A stretch of 64,000 bases of DNA from an uncultured Acidimicrobiales bacterium (GTDB lineage: Bacteria > Actinomycetota > Acidimicrobiia > Acidimicrobiales > RAAP-2), in contig OY969793.1 in assembly GCA_963703145.1 (NCBI GenBank), positions 1,883,151 through 1,947,150 on the forward strand, given 5' to 3'. The notes under the pieces are model-generated. The model was not told the origin of the DNA. It did not search any database and was given only the letters and a program-made list of their open reading frames with translations. The translations under genes were made by a program, and so were the position numbers. Of the stretch, positions 9,237-19,619 are shown piece after piece (position 1 is the first letter of the stretch; the number at the start of each line of letters is the position of its first letter).

Positions 9237-10417
9237 GCCATCAGCTGGCGGGGCTGGCTGAAGGCCAGCACGGCCCGCAACCGATCGCCCCGACGGTAGA
9301 GCGCCACGAACTTGCTCTCCTCGGTAGAGCCGCCGACCACCACCACGTCGTCGTCGGGGCCCGGCAGGCCGATGACCTGGATCTTGGTGGCGTACTGGTC
9401 CGACCAGAAGAACGGGACTGGGTCGTAGGGCTTGGCCGCGGCGGATCCCGCCAACAGGTTGCGGGCCGCCGCCGCCCCTCCCTCGGCGGCGTTGGTCCAG
9501 TGCTCGACCCGGAGCTGCTCGTCGAGGCCTGGATGGGTCCAACGGGCGACGTCCCCGGCCGCCACCACCCGGTCACCAGCGAAGAGGGTCTCACCGCACA
9601 CCACGCCATTGTCCAGGGACAGGCTCGATCCTTCCAACCAACCCACGGTAGGTGTCACCCCGATGCCGACCACGACCACGTCGGCGTCCACGTAGGTACC
9701 GTCCGACAAGTGGACGGCCACGGCTTCCCCGCCGTGGGTCTCGGTGGACAGGCGGTCCACGCCGACCCCGGTGACCAACGTGACCCCGTGGGACCGGTGG
9801 AGCAACGCACAGGCCGCACCCATCTCGTCACCGAGCACCCGGCCGAGGGGTGTCGGCAGGGCCTCCACCACCGTCACCCGGGCCCCGAGGGCGTGGCAGG
9901 TGGCAGCTACCTCCGACCCGATGAACCCGGCGCCGATGACCACCACCTTGGCCCCGTCTCCGGCGCTGGCCAGGTCGCTGCGGATCCCCAGGCAGTCGTC
10001 CAATGTGCGCAGGCACCGCACCGTGGGCAGGTCCTCAGTGCCCGGCAGGCGCCGGGCCGATGTGCCGGTGGCGACGATCAGCCCGTCGTAGGCCAACGAC
10101 GTCCCGTCGCTCAGGCCCACTGTCCGGACGTCGGTGTCGAGCGAGACGGCCTGGCGGCCCAGACGGAACTCGAGGCCCAAGGTGTCGAGCTTGTCGGGGG
10201 CGTGGTGATGGATACGGGCCACGTCCCAGGTGCCGGCCAGGAGCTGCTTGGACAGTGGCGGTCGGTCGTAGGGTGCGTGCAGCTCGTCCCCGACGATGAT
10301 GACGGGGCCGTCGTGGCCTTCGTGGCGGATCTCCTCGGCTGCTCGCAGTCCGGCCAGTGAGGCGCCGACCACGACGACGGTGGCATCGGGCGACAGGGGT
10401 TCGCTCATGGTCGGCAT
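9173..10417 (-). CDS. FAD/NAD(P)-dependent oxidoreductase (ferredoxin/rubredoxin reductase-like)
   Basis: Two dinucleotide folds, VVVVGASLAGLRAAEE and VVVIGAGFIGSEVAA, plus YDRPPLSK. The 3' end overlaps the convergent transglutaminase gene by 64 nt. Confidence 0.8.
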   Translation of the reverse strand: MPTMSEPLSPDATVVVVGASLAGLRAAEEIRHEGHDGPVIIVGDELHAPYDRPPLSKQLLAGTWDVARIHHHAPDKLDTLGLEFRLGRQAVSLDTDVRTVGLSDGTSLAYDGLIVATGTSARRLPGTEDLPTVRCLRTLDDCLGIRSDLASAGDGAKVVVIGAGFIGSEVAATCHALGARVTVVEALPTPLGRVLGDEMGAACALLHRSHGVTLVTGVGVDRLSTETHGGEAVAVHLSDGTYVDADVVVVGIGVTPTVGWLEGSSLSLDNGVVCGETLFAGDRVVAAGDVARWTHPGLDEQLRVEHWTNAAEGGAAAARNLLAGSAAAKPYDPVPFFWSDQYATKIQVIGLPGPDDDVVVVGGSTEESKFVALYRRGDRLRAVLAFSQPRQLMAYRPLLAAGASFDEALAVSRS

Positions 10418-10466
10418 CGTAGGGGCAACACCGGGACCATCGATGCTGCTCCGAAGTAGGGACGGC

Positions 10467-11222
10467 TCAACGCCCGAACATGGTCATCCACTGCTCGGGC
10501 GTGGACAGGCGGAAGACGTAATTGTGGTCCCGGGTGTGGCCCATGGTGGCCGACGGCTCTGGCGAGTACAGGTGCCCGGGGAACAGGACGGTGTCGTCGG
10601 GGACGCGGGCCAGCCGGGTGGTCAGCGACTCGTACATGGCCTCAGGATCGCCACCGGGAAGGTCGGTGCGGCCGCACCCGTCGAGGAACAACGTGTCACC
10701 CGCGATCAGACGACTGTCGAGCAAGAAGCACTGGCTGCCCGGCGTGTGGCCCGGCGTGTGCACCAGGGTGACCGGGATTCCGCCCACCTCGACCACGTCC
10801 CCGCTGGCGTGGGTGACCAGATCGACCTCACCGACGCCCGTGGAGCGCACCACCCAGGGGGCTTCGTCGGCCTGGATGTGGACCGGGACCGGAGCCACCT
10901 CGAGCAGCCGCGCGATCCCTTCGATGCCGAACCCCATCATGTCGCCCCCCACGTGGTCGGGGTGATAGTGGGTGGCCAGGGCCCCGGTGCACGTCATGCC
11001 GTCGGACGCCAGGATGGCCAAGAGCTCGTCGATGCCGTAGGCGGGGTCAATGATGACCGCCTCACCCGTCTGTCGGTCGCCGACCAGATAGACGAAGTTG
11101 ACCATCTGGCGGGCCACCTGGTCGTCGACGGCGAAGTCCCGGCCGGCCAGCAGCTGGCGGAAGTAGAGGCGGTCGGTCGGGGACGGGGCCACAGGGCCCA
11201 CGGCGGCATCGGTCACCGCCAC
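10467..11222 (-). CDS. MBL-fold metallo-hydrolase (glyoxalase II-like)
   Basis: THYHPDHVGG (HxHxDH) metal motif and HTPGHTPGS, in a 251-aa ORF. Confidence 0.8.
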   Translation of the reverse strand: MAVTDAAVGPVAPSPTDRLYFRQLLAGRDFAVDDQVARQMVNFVYLVGDRQTGEAVIIDPAYGIDELLAILASDGMTCTGALATHYHPDHVGGDMMGFGIEGIARLLEVAPVPVHIQADEAPWVVRSTGVGEVDLVTHASGDVVEVGGIPVTLVHTPGHTPGSQCFLLDSRLIAGDTLFLDGCGRTDLPGGDPEAMYESLTTRLARVPDDTVLFPGHLYSPEPSATMGHTRDHNYVFRLSTPEQWMTMFGR

Positions 11223-11373
11223 ACCTTATGGGCGCAGCCCGCAGATCGTGGGCACGGGGCACCCCGTTGTCATGTCCACGACTCGCCCGCATGGGTCGGG
11301 AGTACCATCGCTCCGGTACTAAGGGCCCGCTCCGACGGGGGCGGGCCCGCGGCGACCAGCGAAGCAGAGGGTA

Positions 11374-12978
11374 GTGATGACCATGGGCGATTCGAGCACT
11401 GACCGGGATGACAGGACGGAGTACCGGACCGTGTCCCAGATGGTGCGGCAGTGGGCCACGACGACACCGGATGCCCCGATGCTCACCGAAGACGACACCA
11501 CGATCAGCTGGGCCGAGCTGTACGGGCGGGCCACGCAGGTGAGCCGGCAGCTGGCGGCGGCCGGTGTCGGCGTTGGGGACCGGGTGGCATTCCTCGATCG
11601 GAACAGCATCGAGTACTTCGAGGTGTTCTTCGGGTGCGCGCTGATGGGTGCGGTCAGTGTGGCGGTGAACTGGCGCCTGGCCCCGGTGGAGATGGCTGCC
11701 ATCATCGAGGACGCCCGTGCCGGGGTGCTGTTCTTCGGACCCGAGTACGCAGCGGCGGTCAAAGAACTCACCCCGCTCGTGGACTGCGTGCGCCAGTTCG
11801 TAGCGCTCGACCAGCTGGCGGAATGGCGCGACCCCGACGGTGCAGTGCCGGCCGACGATCCTGGGTTCGAGCCCGGACCCGACGACGTGGTCACCCAGCT
11901 CTATACCTCAGGCACCACCGGACTCCCCAAGGGCGCCATGATCTCGGCTCGGAACTTCTCGACCATCCTCAGCGAGGCTGACCGGGTCTTCCACATCGGG
12001 GACGACACCGTGTCGCTGGTGGCCATGCCCCTCTTCCACATCGGGGGCACCGGCTGGGCACTGGCGGGCATGTCACGCGGAGGTCACTCGGTGATCCTCC
12101 GGGACATCGACCCCGCCGAGGCCCTGCGGTTGATCGCACGCCACCACATCACCGAGACCTTCGTGGTGCCGGCCGTGCTGATGTTCCTGCTGGCCACACC
12201 GGAGCTGGTCACGGCCGACGTCTCCTCGCTGCGCACCGTGTTCTACGGGGCCTCGCCGATCAGCGAGGACGTGCTCATCCGTTCGATGCAGGCGCTCGAC
12301 TGCGATTTTGCCCAGGTCTACGGCCTGACCGAGACCACGGGGGCCATCACCTCGCTGATGCCCGGCGATCACGATCCGAACGGACCCAGGGCGTCGCTAC
12401 TGCGCTCGGCCGGTCGGCCCTTCGACCACGTGGAGCTGCGCATCGTCGATGCCGGCACCGGACGGGACCAACCCGTCGGTGAGGTGGGTGAGGTCTGGAC
12501 CCGCTCCGACCAGAACATGCTCGGCTACTGGAACAGGCCCGACGAGACGGCAGCTGTTCTCTCCGGCGACGGCTGGTTCCGCACCGGTGATGCCGGATGG
12601 CTCGACGCCGAGGGGTACCTGTTCCTCCACGACCGGATCAAGGACATGATCGTGTCGGGAGGCGAGAACGTGTACCCAGCCGAGGTGGAGAACGCCCTCT
12701 TGGCCCATCCCGACGTGGCCGATGCCGCGGTCATCGGCGTCCCGGACGACAAATGGGGCGAGACGGTCAAGGCCATCGTGGTGACGGCGCCGGGCACCGT
12801 CGGGGACGACGGGCTCGCCACCGACATCATTGCGGCGACCCGGGGCCGGCTGGCTCACTACAAGTGCCCGACCTCGGTGGACTTCATCGACGCCCTGCCA
12901 CGCAACCCGTCAGGCAAGGTGCTCAAGCGCGAGCTGCGTCTCCCGTACTGGAAGGACAGCGAGCGCAACATCCACTGA
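11374..12978 (+). CDS. AMP-dependent acyl-CoA synthetase/ligase
   Basis: AMP-binding motifs YTSGTTGLPKGA, GWFRTGDAG and PSGKVLKRELR. Confidence 0.85.
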   Translation: MMTMGDSSTDRDDRTEYRTVSQMVRQWATTTPDAPMLTEDDTTISWAELYGRATQVSRQLAAAGVGVGDRVAFLDRNSIEYFEVFFGCALMGAVSVAVNWRLAPVEMAAIIEDARAGVLFFGPEYAAAVKELTPLVDCVRQFVALDQLAEWRDPDGAVPADDPGFEPGPDDVVTQLYTSGTTGLPKGAMISARNFSTILSEADRVFHIGDDTVSLVAMPLFHIGGTGWALAGMSRGGHSVILRDIDPAEALRLIARHHITETFVVPAVLMFLLATPELVTADVSSLRTVFYGASPISEDVLIRSMQALDCDFAQVYGLTETTGAITSLMPGDHDPNGPRASLLRSAGRPFDHVELRIVDAGTGRDQPVGEVGEVWTRSDQNMLGYWNRPDETAAVLSGDGWFRTGDAGWLDAEGYLFLHDRIKDMIVSGGENVYPAEVENALLAHPDVADAAVIGVPDDKWGETVKAIVVTAPGTVGDDGLATDIIAATRGRLAHYKCPTSVDFIDALPRNPSGKVLKRELRLPYWKDSERNIH

Positions 12979-13002
12979 GCCGGGCCCGCCGACCGACAAG
13001 GG

Positions 13003-13356
13003 TCAAAAGAGGCCGGGGGTCGGCGGCTCGTCACCCGTCTCGAGGTCGGCGGCACCGTCGTCGTCGTCGTCGAACTCCACTTCGATCACTTCGACAACCT
13101 CGACCTCGGACTGCCCGATGGCCTCCAGCCGGGGCACCAGCTCCTCCACCTGAATCCGGGTGCGCCGAAGTCGCCGGTCGAGCTCGTCCACGATGTCGGT
13201 GGCCCGCTGGAGCTGTTCCACCAATCGGTCGACGTCGATCACGCCCGTCTCGAACTCCTCGATGATGGCATCGAGCTCGGCGCCGGCATCTGAATAGCTG
13301 AGGTCACCCACCCCACCGTCGTCCGGTTCGGACCCACTGCTTCGTGTCGTTGCCAT
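13003..13356 (-). CDS. xseB: Exodeoxyribonuclease VII small subunit with acidic C-terminal tail
   Basis: LSYSDAGAELDAIIEEFETGVIDVDRLVEQLQRATDIVDELDRRL matches the XseB helical hairpin. It directly abuts the xseA stop (13357). Confidence 0.8.
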   Translation of the reverse strand: MATTRSSGSEPDDGGVGDLSYSDAGAELDAIIEEFETGVIDVDRLVEQLQRATDIVDELDRRLRRTRIQVEELVPRLEAIGQSEVEVVEVIEVEFDDDDDGAADLETGDEPPTPGLF

Positions 13357-14844
13357 CTACTCCGTCCCTTCGTCCTGGTCGGCGCTCGCCGTCGAAGCAG
13401 CCGGTTGGGGTGACGCTCCGGGCGCCATCGTGCCATCAACGGGGTCGCCGACGGTCGAGACCACCTCGCCGTCACGCAGCCGGGTGGACAGGAGCGCTCC
13501 AGGACCGAGCTCGGCTACCGAGCGGACCACTGACCCCGAGGCGTCACGTGTCACTGAGTAGCCACGCTCGAGCTGGCGTTGGTAGTCGTAGGCACCGAGC
13601 AGACGCCGCCACTGGTCGAGGCGACCCTGCTCAGCGGCGAGCAGGCGCTCGGGGGCCCCGGCCAGGCGCCGACCGCGGGCAATGAGCTCGACATCGGCGG
13701 CCCGCACCGTTCGATGGGTGACACCAGCCAACATCTCCCGGCGGGTGCTGAGGCGGTGCGCGTGGGTGTCGAGCTGTCCACGTGACACCCCCCGGAGGGT
13801 GCGGGAGCGATGACCCAGGCCGTCCGCATGGCGGTCGAGCTGGGAGCGGGCACCTATGGCCACGGCCCGCTGACGGGACGCCAGGAGCTTGTCCCCGCTG
13901 AGGATCCGCTCCCGGGCCACGCGGGCGAGCACACTGCCCGCATCGTCGACTCTGCGCCAGTACTCGGTGGCCAGGCGGGCCAACTCCTGACCGCACTCCG
14001 TGGGGGTGATGAACGAGCGGTTGGCCACCTCGTCGGCCACCGACTGGTCCCCCGTGTGGCCAATGCCAGCCCAGACGGGTACGGCCGACGTGGCAATGGC
14101 CCGCGCCACCCGTTCCTGGTCGAATGCGGCCAGATCAGCCTTGGAGCCCCCGCCGCGCACCAGCACGATGACATCGAGTGGCACGGACTGGAGCCTCGAG
14201 ATGGCGGACGCCACCTTGACCGGGGCGTCCTTACCCTGGACGGCTGTGGGTGCCACGGTCACCTCGAAGGCCATCCCGGAGGCGTGCAGCCCACCAAGGA
14301 AGTCGTTGAAACCCTCCGTGTTGGGACTGGCGACCAATCCGACCCGGAGCGGAAGCACCGGCATGGGCAGGTGGCGCTGGCGGTCGAAGAGGTTCTCATC
14401 GACGAGGGCCTTGATCAGCCGAGCCCGCTCGGCGGCCACCTTGCCCAACAGGGCGTCGGTATCGAGTTCGCGGAGGATGAAATCCACGGATCCCCGGGCC
14501 TTGTAGAACTGCACCTCGCCGCGGGCTCGCACCACCATGCCTGCGTCAAGGGTGATACCGAGTCGATCGAGGGCGGAGCGAACGCTCCGCCACTGGGTCG
14601 CCCAACATTTGACGTTGAGGGTCGGCGCGCCGGTATCGCTGGCATTGGTGGGATCGACAAGGTCGATGAAGCAGTGGCCGCGGGTGAGCACTTTCATCGA
14701 GCGAATCTCCCCGGTGACCCATAGCTCGTCGGGAAAAGCCGACTGGATCGCCCTGTCCACCTGGCCATAGAACTCGGTGATGGAGAGCGCGGCGGTGCCG
14801 GCGTGTTCGGCCAGGAGACGCTCGACTCGTGATTCAAGAGACAC
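13357..14844 (-). CDS. xseA: Exodeoxyribonuclease VII large subunit
   Basis: N-terminal OB-fold region (LSITEFYGQVDRAIQSAFPDELWVTGEIRS...GHCFIDLVD), catalytic region VIVLVRGGGSKADLAAFD, and position upstream of xseB. Confidence 0.85.
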   Translation of the reverse strand: MSLESRVERLLAEHAGTAALSITEFYGQVDRAIQSAFPDELWVTGEIRSMKVLTRGHCFIDLVDPTNASDTGAPTLNVKCWATQWRSVRSALDRLGITLDAGMVVRARGEVQFYKARGSVDFILRELDTDALLGKVAAERARLIKALVDENLFDRQRHLPMPVLPLRVGLVASPNTEGFNDFLGGLHASGMAFEVTVAPTAVQGKDAPVKVASAISRLQSVPLDVIVLVRGGGSKADLAAFDQERVARAIATSAVPVWAGIGHTGDQSVADEVANRSFITPTECGQELARLATEYWRRVDDAGSVLARVARERILSGDKLLASRQRAVAIGARSQLDRHADGLGHRSRTLRGVSRGQLDTHAHRLSTRREMLAGVTHRTVRAADVELIARGRRLAGAPERLLAAEQGRLDQWRRLLGAYDYQRQLERGYSVTRDASGSVVRSVAELGPGALLSTRLRDGEVVSTVGDPVDGTMAPGASPQPAASTASADQDEGTE

Positions 14845-14950
14845 GGCGCCAGACTAGGGCCACCGTGCGGCCCAGCCCGGCCCGTCCGCCCGGTCGGGGC
14901 GCTACCAGCAGCGCAGGCACTGGCCCTTTTGTGGGACCATGGCCCTGACG

Positions 14951-15332
<382 letters not shown>

Positions 15333-15599
15333 CGTCACCACCAGGTCGGACCGGGTTGGCCACTCAGACCGAGAGCGCATCGGGCCCGGAGGAACCGGCT
15401 CTTTGGTGTTACGCGAGGTGCGATCGCCAAGCCACGCTCGCGTTCACGGCGGTTGCCTGCCCTGAAGCGGCGCTTCTGCCACGGTCTGGGGCCATGGCGT
15501 CCATCTGACACTCCGAACCACCAGTCACTGCTTGTAGTCAGCTCCCTACGCAGAGTAGTGTCGTCAAGAGTGACCAGATCCGTGGGAATCCGATGGTTC

Positions 15600-16973
15600 A
15601 TGTCACTGTCTGGGGCAGTATGCGTACTTCTTCTCCTCGTTCTCTTGCCCTCCGAGACAGGGGCGGCGGCGAGGCCCTATCCGGAGTCGGTGAATCTCGC
15701 CCAAGTGTCATGTGCGGGCCCTGACTTCTGCGCCGCAGTCGGGACCTACGCCGATACTTCTGATACGAACGTCGGGTTGTTTCTGAACAAGGTCGGTAGG
15801 AAGTGGTCAGCCACCGAGGCACCACTACCGAGTCCATCGACGGTTGGTTCTGACCCCGGCACAGTGTCGTGTCCTACCCGTGGCTGGTGCATCGTGGTTG
15901 GAGTGGGTTTCGACGAGTCGGGCTCCTATTTGGCGTCGTGGACGTGGACGCACGGGATCTGGACCGCTGCCAGACAAGAACCGCTTCCCGGAGTACCTGC
16001 TTCCTTCTGGAACGACGTGAGAGCGGAGCCCGGCAGCTTGGCCTGTGCTGGTGTCGACGACTGCCTTTTGGCGCTGGGACCGCTGGGGACGTTTGATGAC
16101 CCGAGAGGATTCTGGCAGGTCGCCATCGGAGGCGGACAGCACGGGTCGATGCTCATCCGAAATCTGTCATCGGCATCCTGTTCGCCTCAAGCGTGCACGG
16201 CTCTCGGAACAGCAGTGCCCGTGACCGGCTCACCCGTAAGTGATGTTGTGGTCTCACGGGTATCCGGCGTGTGGACACCAACGTACGTTCCGATGCCCGG
16301 GGCCCCTCAGGAAGTCCAACCGCTCAGTTGCACCCATACCGCTCGCTGCACCGCCTTCGCTCTCGACTCGTCCGCTCCAACGGGGACGATCGTGAGCGAG
16401 AACCACGGCATGTGGAGCACCACACCCATGCCGCTCCCTAGCGGTGCCGCAACCTCTCCCAGCTTGAATGTCGAAGGAGTGTCGTGCGGTCCTATCACCT
16501 GCACTGCGTTGGGCGCTTTCGATACTCCAGCAGCGGAGAGTTACTTCGTTGATGACAGCTCGAGCGGAGCATGGCGGGCATTGGACATCGGCGCACTTCC
16601 GAGCCGTTCCCTGCAGTCCCGGTTCGATTTGAGCACAGTGTCTTGTGGCCGGTCCGGGGGATGCGCCATGGTCGGGGACGAAGGTGTGTCCGAATCAGTT
16701 GGCCAGGTCATCGTTCCTGATGTTCTGATCGATGACGGTGGAAGCTTCACCAATGTTGCTCTTCCCGTACCAGCCGACGCCCTCCCCCACACCAGTGTTG
16801 ACAACTTTGAGGGAACCCTCGTGGCCGCAGACTGCTCCGCCAGTTCGTGGTGCTCAGCTGTTGGCGTGTTCAACTCAACCGGATATGGGAGCCACGGGCT
16901 GATCGAGGTTGAGCAAGCCGGGCGATGGACTGCCATCGAAGCACCTCTGCCGGCAAATGCCGCTCTTGGATGA
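15600..16973 (+). CDS. Secreted protein with eight Cys-pair repeats (function unknown)
   Basis: Signal peptide MSLSGAVCVLLLLVLLPSETGAAA. Eight copies of an SC-x5/6-C-x-[AV]-x-G motif spaced about 50-60 aa apart. The upstream part of the 15216 ORF overlaps rnpB and is rejected. GTG 15582 is an alternative start. Confidence 0.65.
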   Translation: MSLSGAVCVLLLLVLLPSETGAAARPYPESVNLAQVSCAGPDFCAAVGTYADTSDTNVGLFLNKVGRKWSATEAPLPSPSTVGSDPGTVSCPTRGWCIVVGVGFDESGSYLASWTWTHGIWTAARQEPLPGVPASFWNDVRAEPGSLACAGVDDCLLALGPLGTFDDPRGFWQVAIGGGQHGSMLIRNLSSASCSPQACTALGTAVPVTGSPVSDVVVSRVSGVWTPTYVPMPGAPQEVQPLSCTHTARCTAFALDSSAPTGTIVSENHGMWSTTPMPLPSGAATSPSLNVEGVSCGPITCTALGAFDTPAAESYFVDDSSSGAWRALDIGALPSRSLQSRFDLSTVSCGRSGGCAMVGDEGVSESVGQVIVPDVLIDDGGSFTNVALPVPADALPHTSVDNFEGTLVAADCSASSWCSAVGVFNSTGYGSHGLIEVEQAGRWTAIEAPLPANAALG

Positions 16974-17042
16974 CTCCCGCTTGACAGATCTGTACCGAAA
17001 CGGGCTTGTCCCAAACGCCAGCTCGGTGGGCCAGCACGACAC

Positions 17043-17645
17043 ATGGCGGATACGGTGGACGCCGTGGATCTCCCAGAGCTACTGGTCAGGGATGCCGGCG
17101 AATGGCGAAGATGGTTGAGCGACCATCACGCCGATTCACAGGGTATCTGGCTGGTACTGGCCAAGAAGGGAACGGTCGATCCGACAACCGTCTCGTACGA
17201 CGAGGCGCTTGACGAGGCAATTTGCTTCGGCTGGATTGACGGTCAGTTGGGGCGCCGTGACACCGCTACGTTCCGACGACGTTTCACGCCCCGAAAAGCT
17301 CGTAGCCCGTGGTCTCAACGGAACACTGCCATCGCTGAAAGGCTGATCGCCACCGGCCGAATGCATCGATCCGGCGAAGACGAGGTGCGGCAAGCGAAAG
17401 AGGACGGTCGATGGAAGGCCGCCTACGCTGGACAAGCCAGCGTTGAGGTGCCGGAGGATCTCGTCACTGCCCTGAACGCCAATCCTCGCGCAAAGGCAAT
17501 GTTTGAAGTGCTCACCAGTGCGAATCGGTACGCCATCCTCTACAGGATCGGAAACGCCAAGAAACCCGAAACCCGCTCCAGGCGCATCGGCCAGTTCGTC
17601 GAGATGTTGGCCCGAGGTGAGACCATCCACCCCCAGGCTCCGTGA
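17043..17645 (+). CDS. YdeI/OmpD-associated family protein
   Basis: WRRWLSDHH...GIWLVLAKKG...SYDEALDEAICFGWIDGQ...FTPRKARSPWSQRN and C-terminal RYAILYRIGNAKKPETRSRRI are typical of the YdeI/OmdA family. Confidence 0.6.
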   Translation: MADTVDAVDLPELLVRDAGEWRRWLSDHHADSQGIWLVLAKKGTVDPTTVSYDEALDEAICFGWIDGQLGRRDTATFRRRFTPRKARSPWSQRNTAIAERLIATGRMHRSGEDEVRQAKEDGRWKAAYAGQASVEVPEDLVTALNANPRAKAMFEVLTSANRYAILYRIGNAKKPETRSRRIGQFVEMLARGETIHPQAP

Positions 17646-17706
17646 TCACCTGAGAAGAGGATCCGACGGAATGTCCCACATCGCCTGTGTCCCGGTTGGG
17701 TGGGCA

Positions 17707-18480
17707 CTACAGCAGTGATTCAAGCCTCGCTGCCATCTCTCTGTATCGATTCACTGGGATCAGATGGACGCCATCAAACGCCCCTGACTCGAAGATGGCC
17801 TTGATGTGATCGCAAGCGATATCGACGCCCGACCCACGGTCCCGGTCAAGCTGGTCGATAATCGCATCCGGGACCGCCAACTGGGGTACATCCGCCGACA
17901 GCTTGCGAGCCATCGTCGGACTCGGGAGCACCATGACGCCCGCATAGATCGGACCGTCGAACGTGATCGACGAACGCCATTGGAGCAACGCATCGGTCGA
18001 ATACGTGACTTGGGCCAGAAGGAAGTCAGCCTCCTGCTTCCAGCTCGGAACAGGTCGAAGTCCCATCGCTGCGCCAAGCCGGAGCGAGCCGATCATCTCT
18101 GTTCGCTCGGCGAAGGCTCGCGCCTCGGCAATCATCGATCTGACGGTGAGGTCGTCCGAACGTGCGCCTGACTCGGGGCGATCACCGTAGACGAACAGGA
18201 ACTCGTCCACTCCATAGGCGGCTGCCGTCAGCAGATCCCTCTGGAAGCCGAGGACGTTCCGGTCACGAGCATTGATGCAGGCGATCGATCGGCCACCCAT
18301 CAGCCGCACCTCATGCGCTACAGCAATGCTCGACACCGTCGCACGTCCTATGTGATTATCCGGGATCAAGAAGGCGGTCGCTACCTCACTCAGCGCACCG
18401 ATTTGGTGACGCACATGCATCACGTCAGGCCGGGTGGCAGGCTCGACCTCGCAGATGATCTCGAACTCCCGCTTGCTCAT
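17707..18480 (-). CDS. Methylenetetrahydrofolate reductase-like protein
   Basis: 257-aa ORF. FEIICEVEPATRPD...FLIPDNHIGRATVSSIAVAHEV...ACINARDRN...LFVYGDRP resembles short MTHFR-family proteins. Assigned from memory of the family. Confidence 0.5.
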   Translation of the reverse strand: MSKREFEIICEVEPATRPDVMHVRHQIGALSEVATAFLIPDNHIGRATVSSIAVAHEVRLMGGRSIACINARDRNVLGFQRDLLTAAAYGVDEFLFVYGDRPESGARSDDLTVRSMIAEARAFAERTEMIGSLRLGAAMGLRPVPSWKQEADFLLAQVTYSTDALLQWRSSITFDGPIYAGVMVLPSPTMARKLSADVPQLAVPDAIIDQLDRDRGSGVDIACDHIKAIFESGAFDGVHLIPVNRYREMAARLESLL

Positions 18481-18545
18481 CTGCTAACGATACGCCGGGT
18501 CATCGCAGGGTGCCCCCCACACCACCGGATCAGTACACCCGCTGG

Positions 18546-18839
18546 TCAATCCCCCCCGGGCCACCAGGATTCCGCTGGCACAATCATTCCTCGGCTCCTC
18601 TTAGCCTCGGCGCTGAGCATCAGTGTCGTAATCGCTGTGCCCTCTGGCGTTTCGACGAACGTCTGGTAGTCAGCGCCGGCCAGTCCAAAAGCGCTCGGGC
18701 TGCCACCGGCAATTTCTATGAGTCGGTCGGTTGCACCGGACAGAGGTACTTCGGCGTCGTACAAGCGCCGGGCTTCCGCCAAGACCTGCTCTTGAAGGGC
18801 CTTGTCCTGACGGCTTCGTCTGGCAATGCGCATTCCCAT
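18546..18839 (-). CDS. Hypothetical protein (97 aa)
   Basis: ORF with non-shadow composition in the lower-GC region. No recognisable motif. Confidence 0.25.
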   Translation of the reverse strand: MGMRIARRSRQDKALQEQVLAEARRLYDAEVPLSGATDRLIEIAGGSPSAFGLAGADYQTFVETPEGTAITTLMLSAEAKRSRGMIVPAESWWPGGD

Positions 18840-18931
18840 AAGCGGAACGGTAATCCAATATGGCCACCTGCGAACGCCCGAGAACGCCGGGAGTGGTTCG
18901 GTCTCAAGGAGCTAGTCAGCTCGGACGATAG

Positions 18932-19573
18932 ATGGTTATGGCGACCTTGACCGAGAAGCCGACGCGCAAGAATCGCAAGAATTTGGTACGAGCCCAGAAG
19001 GTCATCGGGCCTTCGATCAACGTGGCGGCCTACGGGAGCGGAGCCGGCAAGGCACGGATTACTCGGGGCTTTGTCATTTTGGTGTGCTGTTACGTCGCCA
19101 TTTCCTTGGCGGTATTCGTACTCGCTCGGATAGTCCTAATCCCCGGCCTGCTGGTGATCATCGTCGGGGCCTCACTGTTGCGTCCTCGAAGGGGTATCGC
19201 CGTGACGAGTGGTGGCCTACTCGTTCTGCACGAATCCGTCCTTGACGCTTCCCCCAATCGGGTTCTGATTGGTGCACCGTTGGAGGCACTTGGCACGATC
19301 ATCCGAGACGGCAATGGGTCGGTTCAGACGTCGGTCGACCTCGATATAGGCCCCGAACACATTCGGTTGAAGCGAGCCACCTATGAGACGCTTTTGCTTG
19401 CCAGTAGAGAGTTCCCGGCGACGGGCTGCTATCCAACCACCTCGCAAGGATCTTTGCCGAGTCCCGCATGGTTCCCTGATCCTTCAGGCCGGAACGAGTA
19501 CCGCTACTGGAACGGGAGTGGCTGGACCAACCACGTCTCCCGCGGTGGGATCTCCTCAATCGAACCCGGGTAG
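18932..19573 (+). CDS. Membrane protein with C-terminal DUF2510-like module
   Basis: Two TM helices (FVILVCCYVAISLAVFVLARIVLIPGLLVIIVGASLL). C-terminal PAWFPDPSGRNEYRYWNGSGWTNHV is the DUF2510 signature. Confidence 0.6.
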   Translation: MVMATLTEKPTRKNRKNLVRAQKVIGPSINVAAYGSGAGKARITRGFVILVCCYVAISLAVFVLARIVLIPGLLVIIVGASLLRPRRGIAVTSGGLLVLHESVLDASPNRVLIGAPLEALGTIIRDGNGSVQTSVDLDIGPEHIRLKRATYETLLLASREFPATGCYPTTSQGSLPSPAWFPDPSGRNEYRYWNGSGWTNHVSRGGISSIEPG

Positions 19574-19619
19574 GCACTCGACTGGGTAAGGTCACCTGCC
19601 CCCGAACACCGGCTCCGAG

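Noticed and set aside
12986-13026. Possible bidirectional terminator between the acyl-CoA ligase gene and xseB
   Set aside because: It has only a 9-bp stem (CCGCCGACC / GGTCGGCGG) with a 23-nt loop and no U-tract, and it overlaps the xseB 3' end. This is too weak to call.
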